From contig KZ538662.1 in NCBI GenBank assembly GCA_000934665.2, positions 1 through 55,247 on the forward strand: a stretch of DNA of 55,247 nt, given 5' to 3'. The position numbers were made by a program, and so were the translations under genes. Under the pieces are notes generated by a model. The model did not search any database and had not been told where the DNA came from. It worked only from the letters and a program-made list of their open reading frames with translations. Shown here in pieces: positions 37,036 through 55,247 of this stretch. The stretch's first letter is position 1, and each line of letters opens with the position of its first letter. The DNA comes from Catajapyx aquilonaris (lineage: Eukaryota).

Positions 37036-40000
37036 CATTTTCCCGCCATTGTCCACCAATCACAATAAAGTTCGCGAACTTAAAAAATTAAACCGGATCT
37101 GAACTTTACACCCTTTATAATTACCCAAGACGGTCTTCCAGACAGTTGCAAAACTATTGGGACACTAGACATTTTTTTATGTAAGCTTAACGTAACGAGA
37201 CCACGTGATGTCCATTACAGTGTGTAACGCAACTCACCGTGCTCACGAATAAGTGAGGATGTGGAGGCTTCAAGAAGACCTTCTCAAGTGGGGGGGAAGT
37301 TTTAGAAGAAGTGACCTTGAATTCCTGAGGGACTGCTACGTGGCCCTCCAACCACCTTCTCAAAGCTCACTAACCTCAACAGGTGTCTACCCCCCCCCCC
37401 NCATTAAAGTACAAATTGAAATTAGAGGTCATATGGTCACTACCAATATGAACGTTGAAGTCTCCTGAATTGCGGAAGAGTACTTACCATTGCGCTGTCC
37501 GGTTGTGGTATGTGGTCCTCAGGGTCATACGTTTGCGGCCAATCCTGGAAGAGTTGGCGAGACACGCAAGGTGTTCAGTATAAAAAGAGTCCCCCATCCT
37601 TCGTTGGTTGTAAACATATGAAACGTGCGGCTCATTTTATGTAACGTGGTTATTATATCTCAATGGATGATTTTCAGCAAGGTCAGGTGGCTATTGTTGC
37701 GGATGGGTGGGGTTCATGCTGGGTGCTGGTGGGGCGTGGGAATTGTTGGGTTGCACGGTGCATCGTTATGATTGCCAATTCGTATAATTTGTTGGGTATT
37801 ATCCTGATGTGCAGGTAAAGGTGGAAAGGTACTCAACGCTATAATATTCTGTCCTCAATTTCCCTACATTCATATGCAACATTGGGCCTGGCACACATCC
37901 CCCAACAAGGTCATTATGTCGTTTCCAACTGTTTTGAGTTCAGGCAAATTTAAAAGTCAGCTACCACGCGCCACGTTGGCTACTGCAGCAGATAGGCTCA
38001 GGGTCACTTCCCTAGCCGATAAAGTCATGTACCCTATGATAGACCCATTTTTCCTCATAGACTGTGATTGACTGCACACATCACAATCTCAGGTTGGAAT
38101 CGACCTACAACTATTGCATTTTTAGCATTCCTTTACAGCAACTGGTCGACTTGGAAAATTATTCAACAATTGCAGTGCTCAATCTGCAAACCAATTTCGC
38201 AGCATTAATATCTTAGCATTCCATTATTGCTCCACCAGCCAAGTATGCCCGCCAAGCAATCATAAATGGTTTACGATGCAGATAAAATTCAGATTAGCAC
38301 AAACGCACGTAGACGAGGAAACTCTTTTGCGTCAACAGCAGACAACAGGAATTATAACTTAGTTTGCACAACATGTTAAATAACGAGGACATCTGGATTA
38401 CATGAAATTCCTCGACCATCGAGGCAATCACAATAAAGCATAATATGTCATGATTGGCGCAATCGCAACATCTGTCACGACTGCACCTGTCCCACAACCA
38501 CCAATGTTGAAAAGAAATACTGCAGCTGGATTTAACCCTTTATTTTACTGTACACTTCATCAGTCCCGTTCACTGCCTCACGAAGCACATTTTTCACCTC
38601 CTGCGTAATAACGCCTTCCAACTATTTCACTTCCATCCACGCCAAAAGAAAAAATTCCGCACCAAGTGCAATATATATCTGGATCAATTAACCTTTAGTA
38701 ATAATAATTATAGAATAATTGCAATAATAATAATAATAGTACCGTAATATATTTTTTACAACTGGGAAGGGACAGCAAGGTAAAGTCACACCAAATGTAT
38801 AACGGCTTCTAAAACAATAGTAGGCAACTGAAGATATTTTTACAACTGTACGTAAACAAGTGGGGAAACAAAAAAATCAGCACACTTTGTAAAAACAGAG
38901 GTCCCGAAAGAGTGTCCAATACAAAGTTTCGTTCTAATCCCTGCTAGGAGACAAGTGTAGAAATGCACTGTTGTAACACCCTTTCACACGACGTAATTCC
39001 ATGCTGGGAGGAGCCCAATTTTCACAAACACCGAAGGAAGTTGACAGGAATGTAAACGCACCCTTCTGCCCCTCCTGCTATATCCCAAAATATTATGCAG
39101 TCGTGCTCCAGAATCGCAAAGGACCATAGAGGCCGTCATGCGAGAATGAAAATCCCCCCCTGCTGTCTGGACATAAGGACACTCCGCAAATTTGTTACTT
39201 ACGTCGTAATATAAATTAAAGGTTTTTCTCTGAACTGTGCTTTTCCTCCCTCTGCACACATAAATAACCCTTGCCTTAGTGTGTAAAAAAACAGGAACCA
39301 GTTGAGGCGTTTTGCAAAAACATGTGACTCGTATGGACACCCAGTTGCGGTTAAAACGTGGCCCCAAGCACAATAATATTATAAGCTGAAAAACGTGAAA
39401 ATAGATACGGAAAATGCACCACTCACACCTGGTTGTGCACTCTGCAGTGCCAAAAATGCATAAGCTGAAATGATAGTTTAAAAAAAATAAATGGCAACCA
39501 AAAATGTGGACTAGAATATACTGTACATTGTACTTGCAAAGCAATTCCCAATTTTAATATTATTTCCCAGTGTTTATTGTTGAATGTTTAAGTACACCAC
39601 TCCTATGATTTTAAGCTGTGCCATTTTTTAAAATTCAGTAGGACAGGCTCGTTAGCATTTAAACTTGGCATACCAAGTTTTGCAGGCAGTTTGACAGCAA
39701 TAGTGGTACGGCATTCCAATAGTAAGTACCTGTCGGTCGTAAAGCTTTAAAGAATTCTCCACTACCTTACTACTAACATAGCTGCATGACGGCACAGATT
39801 CTTAGCTGAATCTGTCCATCAAGATGTGTGTGATTATGTGGCTACGTTCATTTCGGTAGAAAATTTTCAAAAGCACATTTGCTGCCAAGAGGTATGTACT
39901 TCCGGAATGCGGTAGCGTTAAAATTTAAATAATACGCTCATCCATTCATCTGCCTCAAGACAACTCAAAATACCCCAAAAAATCAGCATAGTGTAAAATT

Positions 40001-40715
40001 TCACCTTTACTTCCTTCCGCCTCTAAAGTCATTCCAGTCATTTACATACAATTTGTCCACAACCCTTTTCATGAAAAAGGTGCAATTCAAAAACTATCTA
40101 CAGACACCTCCAAAGCGAGTTAGCCCTATGCATTCATTTACACCGTAACTCCTTCCAAGTCCCAGCGTCGTCACAAAACCCAGTCTATACATATGCACAC
40201 ATACGCCTGCACCGTTTCCTACACCAATCACAATTACACTGAGGGGGTGGGAAAGCCGACGCCACAAGTGCCGAGAAGAATCATACTTTTTCCAAAACGT
40301 CTCAACGTTCCCTCCTCTATAAAAAAAAAATCTAACTCCCCTGCTGTATGTCAATTAAAGCCCTGCATGCAGCTCTCTTTTGGTACAGCAATTGCGTATT
40401 TCCAGCCTTACTCTCAATAGCTGTCGTTCGACAATTGAGCTTAGGGTTGGAAGTAGGCAGAGGTTACTGTGTGGGACAGACAACTGCACTCCAAGTTGCA
40501 TCTCTGCTTTACCAATGATAATTGCGTGTCTTTCGGGGAGGCAAAGCACTCCCTCGAGACGACATTTAAAATTTCTGGCATGCTCTTAATTATTATTATG
40601 ACTTCATGCTGATCTTTGCCAAGGTGATTGGATAACGTGGAAGTGCAATTCCCAGTGGTAATGCTTCCTGTAATCAGCCCCCCCGCTCTTCCTCCCTGGC
40701 TCTGCAACACACACA

Positions 40716-46924
<6,209 letters not shown>

Positions 46925-47870
46925 CGTAGGGCCCTCCACGCCCGCTCCCTGTTATGCCCACACGCACCCCAAGGAGATCGAAACACCCAACAAAGGCAAC
47001 AACAAAGGTGGGGAGGAAGAGCAGCAGAGACTACATAGCCCCGTCTTCCAGTCTGGCAGGACAATATGGCCGCCGCCTTGATGATGTAGGAGATAAGGAG
47101 AAGGAGGGAGGGAGGGAGGTGGGGAAGGAGGGGAGCTCGAACGCAGGGTAGCCAACAGACTGCAACACTGTTTTACAAAAATGGGGTTGGAATAAGGGGT
47201 GAAATAATATATCCAGATTTATGGAGTGGATTTGGACGTTTATTGTTACGGAGGCATTGTTGGCGTAGTGTGGGAGGGAGTTGAGGGTGAGGCCGCAAGG
47301 TGGCAGGAGTGTTAGATCCGGTTGGCAGAGCTGTTGCGATAGGGACCTCAACTACTGGCTCAAATACTTGGAGGGTTGGAGCATGAGGGCACTCACACCT
47401 ACCCCCTGCCGTGGCGTTTTGCAGGAGGTGCTCACTTGAGAGCGCCATGCTCGGCGCCATGAGACCTTTCATTTCCCAGGGTAAGTGGCGACCCTACCGG
47501 ACTAGGCTGAACTTTGTACAAAAGGGAAGCGCGCTACATACGGGCCCAAAGTGGCCAGAGTGAAGTGGCCTCCGGCGACCATGTTGGGTCCCCCAATGTA
47601 GCGCTTCCCTTTTGTATATACGTCGGGCGAGTTTGTTTCGGGCGAATAATTATATACGACGGGCGAGTTGTCCTCGGACGAGTTGTCGTCGTGCGAGTTT
47701 GTTTCGGGCGAAGTGTGACTGACGCACCTGGAGGGCGTGCACAGCGTACCCACAGTACCCTACACTCCTGTTGGCACCCGCCACCCGTGACCTGAAGCCC
47801 CATCAACTTTATCCAGTGTGACCCAGACACACAATAACACGCTTAATTTTTGGTCATCACATTTATTCAA

Positions 47871-48435
47871 CTATTTTCCTGTCGCACCTGCTGAGATTCC
47901 GCCACCGCCATTCGCACCTGCAATTACAAGCATTGTTAGTGTCCCATTAACAATGGTAGCCTAATAGGTGCTGACCTCCGCCGAATCCTCCTCCGATCCC
48001 GAGTCCGATTCCGTACCCGTTGCCCCCAGGGAATGGGATCGAACCCCATCCGGCGTTTATGCTCATCTGGGACTGCGCACTGCCACTTGCACTACCTTGG
48101 ACACCACTGGATGACCCGAAACCCACGTTGAAGCTGAGTGGTGGAGATGATGAGGATGACACTAGAAAGCAAAGGTCATCAAATTCAGAGCCAGTAATTG
48201 ACAACGACGTTGAAATTGGCCGTATATCAGATCTCACCACTTTTGACGGCCAAGCAGTCAGATGAACTTGGCCTTTTTTTACTGAAAGGTTTTTGGTGGG
48301 ATTTGACTTACCACCTCCAGAAGGAGCAGGAGTTGCAGAAGTAGCAGCACCAGCAGGGGTCGTGGTTGTATCGTCATCTTGACACCACGAGTCGTGAAAC
48401 AAGACGGACAGGAGCAGTACAACAATCAGCTTCAT
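47871..48435 (-). CDS. Small secreted Thr/Ser/Gly-rich protein, 3 exons (48435-48312, 48161-~47977, ~47918-47871)
   Basis: Signal-peptide-like MKLIVVLLLSVLFHDSWC followed by QDDDTTTTPAGAATSATPAPSGG|VSSSSSPPLSFNVGFG...GGGFGG|GANGGGGISAGATGK*. GT-AG introns are in frame and AATAAA lies just after the stop (47862-47867). Confidence 0.75.
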
Positions 48436-48846
48436 GATTCCAGTGTGATGCCCAATAGTTAGACACACAACTATTTGTACCTGCTCATTGTCCTACATTG
48501 TGTGGGAATTGCCTAGCCATTAATAATATGCATAGACATATGTTTCTAGCACATGATTCGCCCGACTGGTAGCCATTACAGGTTGCTCCAGAAACCTGAT
48601 TTAGCATATGTATGACGTCAAGCTAATTTATAGTGTACTTCCTGTTTGCACTTCTCATTTCGATGTAGTAAGGTATAAGTAGGTAAGTAATGTACTCAAG
48701 GTTACAGTACTTTTAAGACGAAAAAAGGATTTAGAAACGTACGTTATGAACCTGTTTTTATGGACATCACCAGATATGCATGATGAAAAATCGTGTCGAC
48801 ATAGAACTGCAACGGTCTATTACAACTACAGTAGATAGTGGCAAAC

Positions 48847-50213
48847 ATGGGGATGCAGTGTTTGATTGTCCGGTTCGTGTTCAATTTAACCTTATGGACA
48901 TTTGTGCTGTTGCCGATCCTTATTGTGTATTGTCCATTACGAGCGGTGTCCCGACTGTGGTGTCGTGTTTCATGGAACAATGTTGATGGACATGGAGTGA
49001 TGTCGTTTGTGCGTGGACAGTCTTATGTAATGCATATCATGGTGGATGCGGACTATTCATTGAAGTATTTAGAGTGTATCCGTAACAGATTTGTAACGTA
49101 CTTGGGACATGCGACGTCACTTCCGTTCAGATCCATACCGGCTTCTGTCCACGGACAGTTGTACTGGAAGCCTACTATTGTTGACATCAACTATCACATC
49201 CGAGTAGCAGATACTGACAGAACATACACCTATAGTGAAGCTATGGAAGTTTGTGACAAGGTGGGCAAAGGTTACGAACCTGGACGACCTCTATGGGACA
49301 TGACCATTGTGCCAAATGTGACTTATGATGGACTGAAGTTCTCTATTTGTCTGCGGTGGCACATGGTTGTGTCTTCTGCAGATGGGATGATGTCGGTGCT
49401 GAACAAGATCTTTGAAGGTAGCAGTGAACATGTGACTCCTGTTGTCAACTGGTCAACAATCTTGACCGTACTGTTCACACTGCCAACTTATGTGGTGTCC
49501 CAGATACGGACTGATTTAGGTCTTAGATTCAACTTACCGCGAATTTCCCATGACTCGATGTATCATACGTCACGTCCCATTGACATGGATGTGGTCCGGT
49601 TCATCATGAACAAAGCAAAGGTCAAATGTGAGGACATCATGATGTCGTCAGGATGTGCTGCTTTGCACTACCATTTCAGCAGATATGAATCGTGTCTTCA
49701 GACCACACCAGCACTGATACTGTCTGACTGTGTCAGCACAACACTTCAGGTCATGAACCGTGATCCTATGGAGAGCCTGAAAATCGCATCGGACATGCCC
49801 ATCCAGGAGCAAGTGTTCGCCCTTCTTGTGCCTCATTTACCGTTGTCAGTAGTTCAGTTTCTGTTTCACCGTACAAACACAGTGGCTGTCCTGAGCAACA
49901 TTACCGGACCAAGAACATGGAAGATCAAGAACTCACCTGTGATGACAGTAACATTTGGAGCTGAACATTCGGACCTTTCTGGTAAGCAGCATTACATTAA
50001 TTAAGCTAATCAAGAATAATGAGGATAAATATCGTTTCAGGTGTGTCCATATTCATATGTGGCTACGGCGACAAGGTGACTGTCACGGTGCACGGGGACA
50101 GAGGAGTGACCAGTGGACGACGGAATTTGAAGGCCATTGGTGAAGTGTTTCTGAAACGTGTGGAGACATTGGCAAACATGTTGGGGTATGACAATAATGG
50201 TGGTGATGGCTGA
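48847..50213 (+). CDS. WS/DGAT-like (wax ester synthase/diacylglycerol acyltransferase-family) protein, 2 coding exons (48847-49981, 50041-50213)
   Basis: N-terminal hydrophobic helix, YW...DINYHI, RPLWDMTIV, RWHMVVSSADG (at the position of HHxxxDG), and C-terminal VLSNITGP and G|VSIFICGYGDKVTV, matching the family's SNVPGP and SY-x-G-x-L motifs. AATAAA at ~50255. Confidence 0.75.
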
Positions 50214-50523
50214 TGTTGAACAAAAGGAATATTTGAGCTGTATAATAACTGCATAATAAACGTTCATTCAATGAGCAAGCCATATAGTTCATCCTCCTTC
50301 AGAAGGTTCCACATGAACTGCTCTGTTCCCTCCCACATCAAGACAGGGCTGTCTGTGTTCAGTAACAACCATAGCTATCAAATTATGCTACTCAAACACA
50401 TCCAGTGCCATTTGACCTCCATATAATTATGCTAATTTTGTGATGTTGTCCCTAATAACATTGTTATCGCTGTCAAAGATTGCCAGTGGAATATTATTTT
50501 GAGAGTTACATTTCACTAGCTGA

Positions 50524-50885
50524 CTAGCAGAATACCCGTTCTTCGTATGGGAATTACAGAATGGATTCCATTGCCATTGTGACCAGTTGTCATGGTAATT
50601 ATAAGCTATAAACTAATAAAATCCAAATAAACATAAACATAAAAAAAAATTAAAAAATGAAAATAACACGAAATAAAATTTAAGATAACTCAGTTTCCAT
50701 GGTAACCCATTGCAATGGTAACTTCGTTGTCATGGAAACTATGTGGAGACCGGTTGTTATGGTAACCCGTTGCTATGGTAACCACTGTTGCCATGGAGAC
50801 CAACGGGGGCAGGGGAGCGGTGGGTGGGACGGGACAAACAAACAAACTTTGCCTTATATATATGGCGAACGAAGTAAGTTATAGA
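50524..50885 (-). mobile_element. Non-autonomous Helitron-like element
   Basis: a|ctagcagaatacccgttcttcgtatggg 3' end, internal gttgccatgg repeats, and acaaacaaac...tatatatat...tataga at the 5' end. Confidence 0.6.
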
Positions 50886-51886
50886 TCTGTCAATCGTTTA
50901 ATATGCCCTGAGGTGTGACCTTTTGCTCCGCCGTATTTCTGCATGCTCTATGATCATTCCAGTGCTCTTTGACATTTATATAATATTTATTACCCTCTGA
51001 TGTGAACGAATCAAGGTCAGACAATATCTGAAGCGTAACAGTTATAGAGGCGAATATCTCAACATAATCGTTGATAAGGTTTATATGTAGGCTGGTTCGA
51101 TATCAATTCAGAAGGAGGGAGGAAGTCATGGTTTTAGATTTTGTTGCAAAAAATATATATGAACCGCATATCTAACTGTAGTCCCAGAGTACAATTAATT
51201 TTTTTTAATCAAATTTATTTGCCGAGAAAGTAAAATCCTGTTGTTTGGAGTCAAAAATTGATAATTTGGTGGTTTGAAAGCAAATGTATAAGACACGCGA
51301 TACTTAATCGAAATGAAATTTTAAACACCACTTCTTCACATGGCCTAGTCCCAAACGCACAATGCCGTAATTTACTGGCACAGTCATCTTTTTTAAAAAT
51401 TGCCAAAAATGCTTCTTTTGCTGGAAATCCACTTATTTTACGATTTATCGTGGAGTTATCATTTAAGTTATACAAATGAAACTTATCGTGTGCAATGTAG
51501 TGAAATGGCATGTGTGAGGGACAAAATAAGATCATTAATATCTGAATTCAAAGAAGAGATACACCCAGTCAAAGTATGGTATGGTAAACTTTGCCAGCTG
51601 CGACAGGAATCCAATCCTTCCATCATTGGTTTATTGAGGACGAATCTGCAGTAATGTCACGGACATACACTTCTCGTAACAAAAGCACATAAAAGAGGTT
51701 ATCAGCGGAATAGATATAGCATTGCAAAATTAATTATTATCTTTATTCCTTAAATGAGAAAGTTTAATAACGTTAATGCAGATATATTATTAGGATGTCC
51801 TTCAGTTACTTTCCACGAGTATATTTTGATACTGACACATCAAAAGTGCAAATTGCGAAAACATTTCCGTGCTAAGTGTGGCCCTG

Positions 51887-52127
51887 CTAGTAAAGTATTT
51901 CCTTCATAAAGACTGTAATTGCAAGAGACAACCCAATGGACAGGATAAGAAAATGACCCTGCAACCTTTCGAGTGAAAACACCACCCTTCCATCGTCAAC
52001 ATCAGATATTTGGTCCCTTCTTCTGGCCTGTGCAGCATCCAACAATCGTCTGTGCTCCAGAAGCCTCGCACTCTTCTCGATCAATCCGATGCTGTTGAAG
52101 ATTTGCGACCAGTAGTTCCAGTTCTCC
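51887..52127 (-). pseudogene. Ionotropic receptor (divergent IR) 3' fragment
   Basis: ENWNYWSQIFNSIGLIEK...VFSLERLQGHFLILSIGLSLAITVFMKEILY* is the end of S2 plus the last TM helix and is near-identical to 54845-55087. Homology breaks at ~52127, next to the gap. Confidence 0.65.
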
Positions 52128-52187
52128 TGCCTTCCACACGTTCTCATCTCCTCACCCCCCTCCCTTCCCCCCCCCCCCCCCCCCCCC

Positions 52188-52253
52188 NNNNNNNNNNNNN
52201 NNNNNNNNNNNNNNNNNNNNNNNNNNNNNNNNNNNNNNNNNNNNNNNNNNNNN
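52188..52253. other. Assembly gap (N run)
   Basis: N run flanked by poly-C and poly-G. Confidence 1.
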
Positions 52254-52509
52254 GGGGGGGGGGGGAGTGCTACCAATATCATCTAATACACACCCATTCA
52301 AATCTCCCGTATTCACCTAAGCTCGTGTGACTTTGAACCCGAAAAAATTTCGCCTGCGGCACACCTCTCCTCCCCCCCGAACTGGATTCCTGGCTACGTC
52401 ACTGCAACTAGCTATCTGACTGAAGCTGCGATCGCATTTCATACAAATACAACTACAAATACCTAAATACCTAAAATACAAAATGATACAATTACAAAAT
52501 TCGAGGTCA

Positions 52510-52945
52510 TCAACAGCCTATGTGTACAGGGAACAATTCCCAATTTGTGTGGCGTATGCCATTACCATACACAAGAGCCAAGGCCTGAGTCTCACAAATG
52601 CACTCTTCGATATGGGTTCCTCTGTCTTCTCGTGCGGTCAAGCCTACGTGGCTCTTTCCAGAGTTAAAAGTATCAATGGAGTGCATCTCATCAATGCCTC
52701 CTTTACTTTACATCAAGGCGCAAGAGTCAGATATTCTGGAGTACGATAGATTGAGATCTATTTACCGATCAGACTTATCCATACTCAAAAGGGCTAATAA
52801 GGCATCGACAGAAGGGGTTAAGGATCGCGAATGGGCTATGCGATCAGGTGTAGCTGATGTCCAATTCGCACAACCAGAACATAAAAAAAGGAAGCGTAAT
52901 ATGAGAGAGCAAAAGAAAATCATACCTATTCAGAGGAAAAGATAG
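52510..52945 (+). pseudogene. PIF1-family (Helitron/Helentron RepHel) helicase C-terminal fragment, frameshifted
   Basis: REQFPICVAYAITIHKSQGLSL...VFSCGQAYVALSRVKS are the PIF1 C-terminal motifs. The reading continues in another frame (IKAQESDILEYDRLR), and no N-terminal helicase is present. Confidence 0.85.
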
Positions 52946-53089
52946 AGTTTTACATACTTTCGTATATAACCTACACATTTTGCTCTAAGTTATTCATTGC
53001 TTATTTGAAATATTTAACGGACCATTGCTTCCACGCCCAACGGTAGGGGGATTCCCTTATAATTATCCTACACTCCTGCCTACAAAAAG

Positions 53090-53595
53090 AGGTGAGATCC
53101 CACCAAAAACCTTTCTGTAAAAAAGGCCAAGTTCTCCTGACTGCTTGGCCGTAAAAAGTGGTGAGATCTGAAATACGGCCAAGTTCAACGTCGTACTCAT
53201 TACTGTCATTCTCAACTTCTTCAATCTAAACCGCTAACTTTGTTTTTCCAGGTCGACCTTAAGTTTAATCATCAAAAATTTTTAATGGATTTCTCTTGCT
53301 GCAACTTGGCCATTGCTCATGTCCGAGGTATTGTTGAATTCTACAACTGTTTCCATGTTTTAAGAGCAATTGCCAAGTTACAGCAAGAGAAATTCCATTA
53401 AAATTTTTTTATGATTAAACTTAAGGTCGACCTGGAAAAACAAAGTTAGTGGTTTAGATTGAAGAAGTTGAGAATGACAGTAATGAGTACGAAGTTGAAC
53501 TTGGCCGTATTTCAGATCTCACCACTTTTGACGGCCAAGCAGTCAGGAGAACTTGACCTTTTTTACAGAAAGGTTTTTGGTGGGATTCTCACCTT
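53090..53595. mobile_element. Foldback MITE (~240-bp inverted arms)
   Basis: 53090-53335 is the reverse complement of 53365-53595 (aggtgagatcccaccaaaaacc... / ...ggtttttggtgggattctcacct). Confidence 0.88.
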
Positions 53596-53670
53596 TTCTG
53601 GAAGTAAGTTTACTCTCGTGCGAACCACTCAATATCTCGATTGGCCTTTGTGTTTCTATCTCATCATAAA

Positions 53671-53977
53671 CTAGCAGGTTACCCGGCGTTGCCCGGGTAT
53701 GTTATGGAGGTAGGCCTACAATGTAATGAGGGCATTACCATGGAAATCTATGAATATTGTTAAATAGGTAATTGATAATTGGTTAATTGGGAATATGCGT
53801 GTTATGGGTGTTAGGTTCATTTTCGGAAGCTGAAACATGCGGCATTAAATTCCTTGAAAAATGTAACCCCCGATATGCTCATTTAAGGCGGTGTAGGGGC
53901 CTTCCCCCGGATTTCTATAAGGGACAAACAAACTGACAAATAAACTGACAAACTTCCTTATTTATAGAGATAGAGAT
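53671..53977 (-). mobile_element. Non-autonomous Helitron-like element
   Basis: a|ctagcaggttacccggcgttgcccggg hairpin/CTAG end, and acaaactgacaaa...tttatagagatagaga at the 5' end. Confidence 0.65.
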
Positions 53978-54844
53978 TTACTCCATGATAAACGTTTATT
54001 CAATAAGCAACCCAGTATCATTTGACCTTTATATTTTATTCGTGACACTGTGTGTGGGCGAATCAATGTCAGGAAATATCAAAGCGCCTGAAAATAGAAC
54101 GCTCCATTGCTTTCGTGTAACTTGTGACAACCCGTAGTGTCAAAACGCACAGTCGCCCTATACTTCTGCTCACAGGTTCTGGAGTTCTGGAGAAGTAACT
54201 GGATTTGTTCAAAACCCATTAAACTGATATCAAATGAAGTAAAAAAGACTAGAAAAATGCAACTATGAAATTAATACATTCTTCTCAAAAATGTAAGCAG
54301 TATCCATGAATTTGGCCTCCGATAATATATTAGTGATGTGTTGGAGTACTGTCAGTCATATTTTGTGTCATGAGTTGTAACCCACGTAAGGTTTAATATT
54401 CTATTCAATTTGAAACCAGTTGTATACATGGTTGCGAGAAAATGTGAGGGATCATTTGCAAACACTTGGTGCAGCAATGCAATACATATTTCTCGACGTA
54501 TATCAATCTGTCTGTCCACTTGATACCAATGCAAATCTATACGGAGGCCTCGACATATGCCCCAGGGGAATGATTAGGGGTAGTTTTTTACTGTGAAGGT
54601 CATAAGCACATTGGACGTGATTAATGGGGGTGAGTAATAGAGCATTTTTCAATGATATGATTTTATTTTGTTCAAAAATTATAACTGTGATTCAAGGAGA
54701 CAATTATTACACAATTTTTCTTTGCAGCTTCGAGACAATTCACTTCGATAAGAGTACACGTGTAGGACTCGTAAAAAATTCTGTCATTTACATGATAATC
54801 ATAATATTTGCGAAAATATTTCCGTACTAAGAGTGCCACTGCTG

Positions 54845-55247
54845 CTAGTAAAATATTTCATTCATGAAGAGTGTAATTGCAAGGGACAACCCAATGGATA
54901 GGACAATAAAATGACCCTGCAACCTGTCGAGTGAAAACACCACCCTTCCTTCGTCAACATCAACAATTTGGTCCCTTCTCCTTGCCTCTGCAGCATCCAA
55001 CAATCTTCTGTGCTCCAGGAGCCTCGCACTCTTCTCGATCAATCCGATGCTGTTGAAGATTTGCGACCAGTAGTTCCAGTTCTCCGAATAAACCATTCCT
55101 TTTGGAAGTATAATGGTTTCATACACAAGAGCTCCGTAATCGTGGGATACGAAAGCAATGTCCTGGCCATACACATCCAAACTGTTCAATGACTTCTTTA
55201 ACCACCTGGCCCCTTCCATGCAGACTTTGTCTTCAATGATCAAGTCC
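54845..55247 (-). CDS. Divergent ionotropic receptor (IR), 3' part; runs off the window edge
   Basis: Open frame ...ILPKGMVYSENWNYWSQIFNSIGLIEK...VFSLDRLQGHFIVLSIGLSLAITLFMNEIFY* matches the IR S2 lobe end and the L-x2-LQG-x-F...G...F-x2-E final TM pattern. Confidence 0.7.
   Translation of the reverse strand, partial: DLIIEDKVCMEGARWLKKSLNSLDVYGQDIAFVSHDYGALVYETIILPKGMVYSENWNYWSQIFNSIGLIEKSARLLEHRRLLDAAEARRRDQIVDVDEGRVVFSLDRLQGHFIVLSIGLSLAITLFMNEIFY

Noticed and set aside
38984..39544. 186-aa minus-strand ORF, and the 167-aa ORF at 44197-44700
   Set aside because: No domain and non-protein-like composition. They lie in probable GOLPH3 3' UTR/flank and intron respectively.
52510..52945. Cellular PIF1 gene
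   Set aside because: Only the last helicase motifs are present, intronless and frameshifted, among Helitron debris, so a transposon remnant is more likely.

Overview
Eukaryotic, intron-containing invertebrate genomic DNA, most likely arthropod given the divergent ionotropic receptors and tRNA-derived SINEs. It is a draft assembly with N gaps at 1963-2338 and 52188-52253. The first ~14.7 kb is a mosaic of transposon debris: non-autonomous Helitrons; hAT-, Kolobok- and Tc1/mariner-type MITEs; and several SINE families. At 15-20 kb is a locus with a C2H2 zinc-finger exon, a two-exon Myb/SANT-like gene and decayed paralogous exons. Three bubblegum-family (ACSBG) long-chain acyl-CoA synthetases follow: A (+, 21379-25261), B (+, ~25985-28793) and C (-, 36084-29406). 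Next come GOLPH3/Vps74 (-, 46924-40716), a small secreted Thr/Ser/Gly-rich protein (-) set head-to-head with a WS/DGAT-like acyltransferase (+), and the tail of a decaying tandem array of ionotropic receptors with a PIF1/Helitron helicase remnant. Most notable are the possible wax/neutral-lipid neighbourhood (3x ACSBG plus a WS/DGAT with an atypical catalytic motif), strong intron-position turnover among the ACSBG paralogs, a possible N-terminal acylation signal on ACSBG-B, a Gly/Ser insert in GOLPH3, a hammerhead-like core in a GOLPH3 intron, and a stopless in-frame intron derived from a MITE end. All gene models were spliced by eye and no database searches were run.
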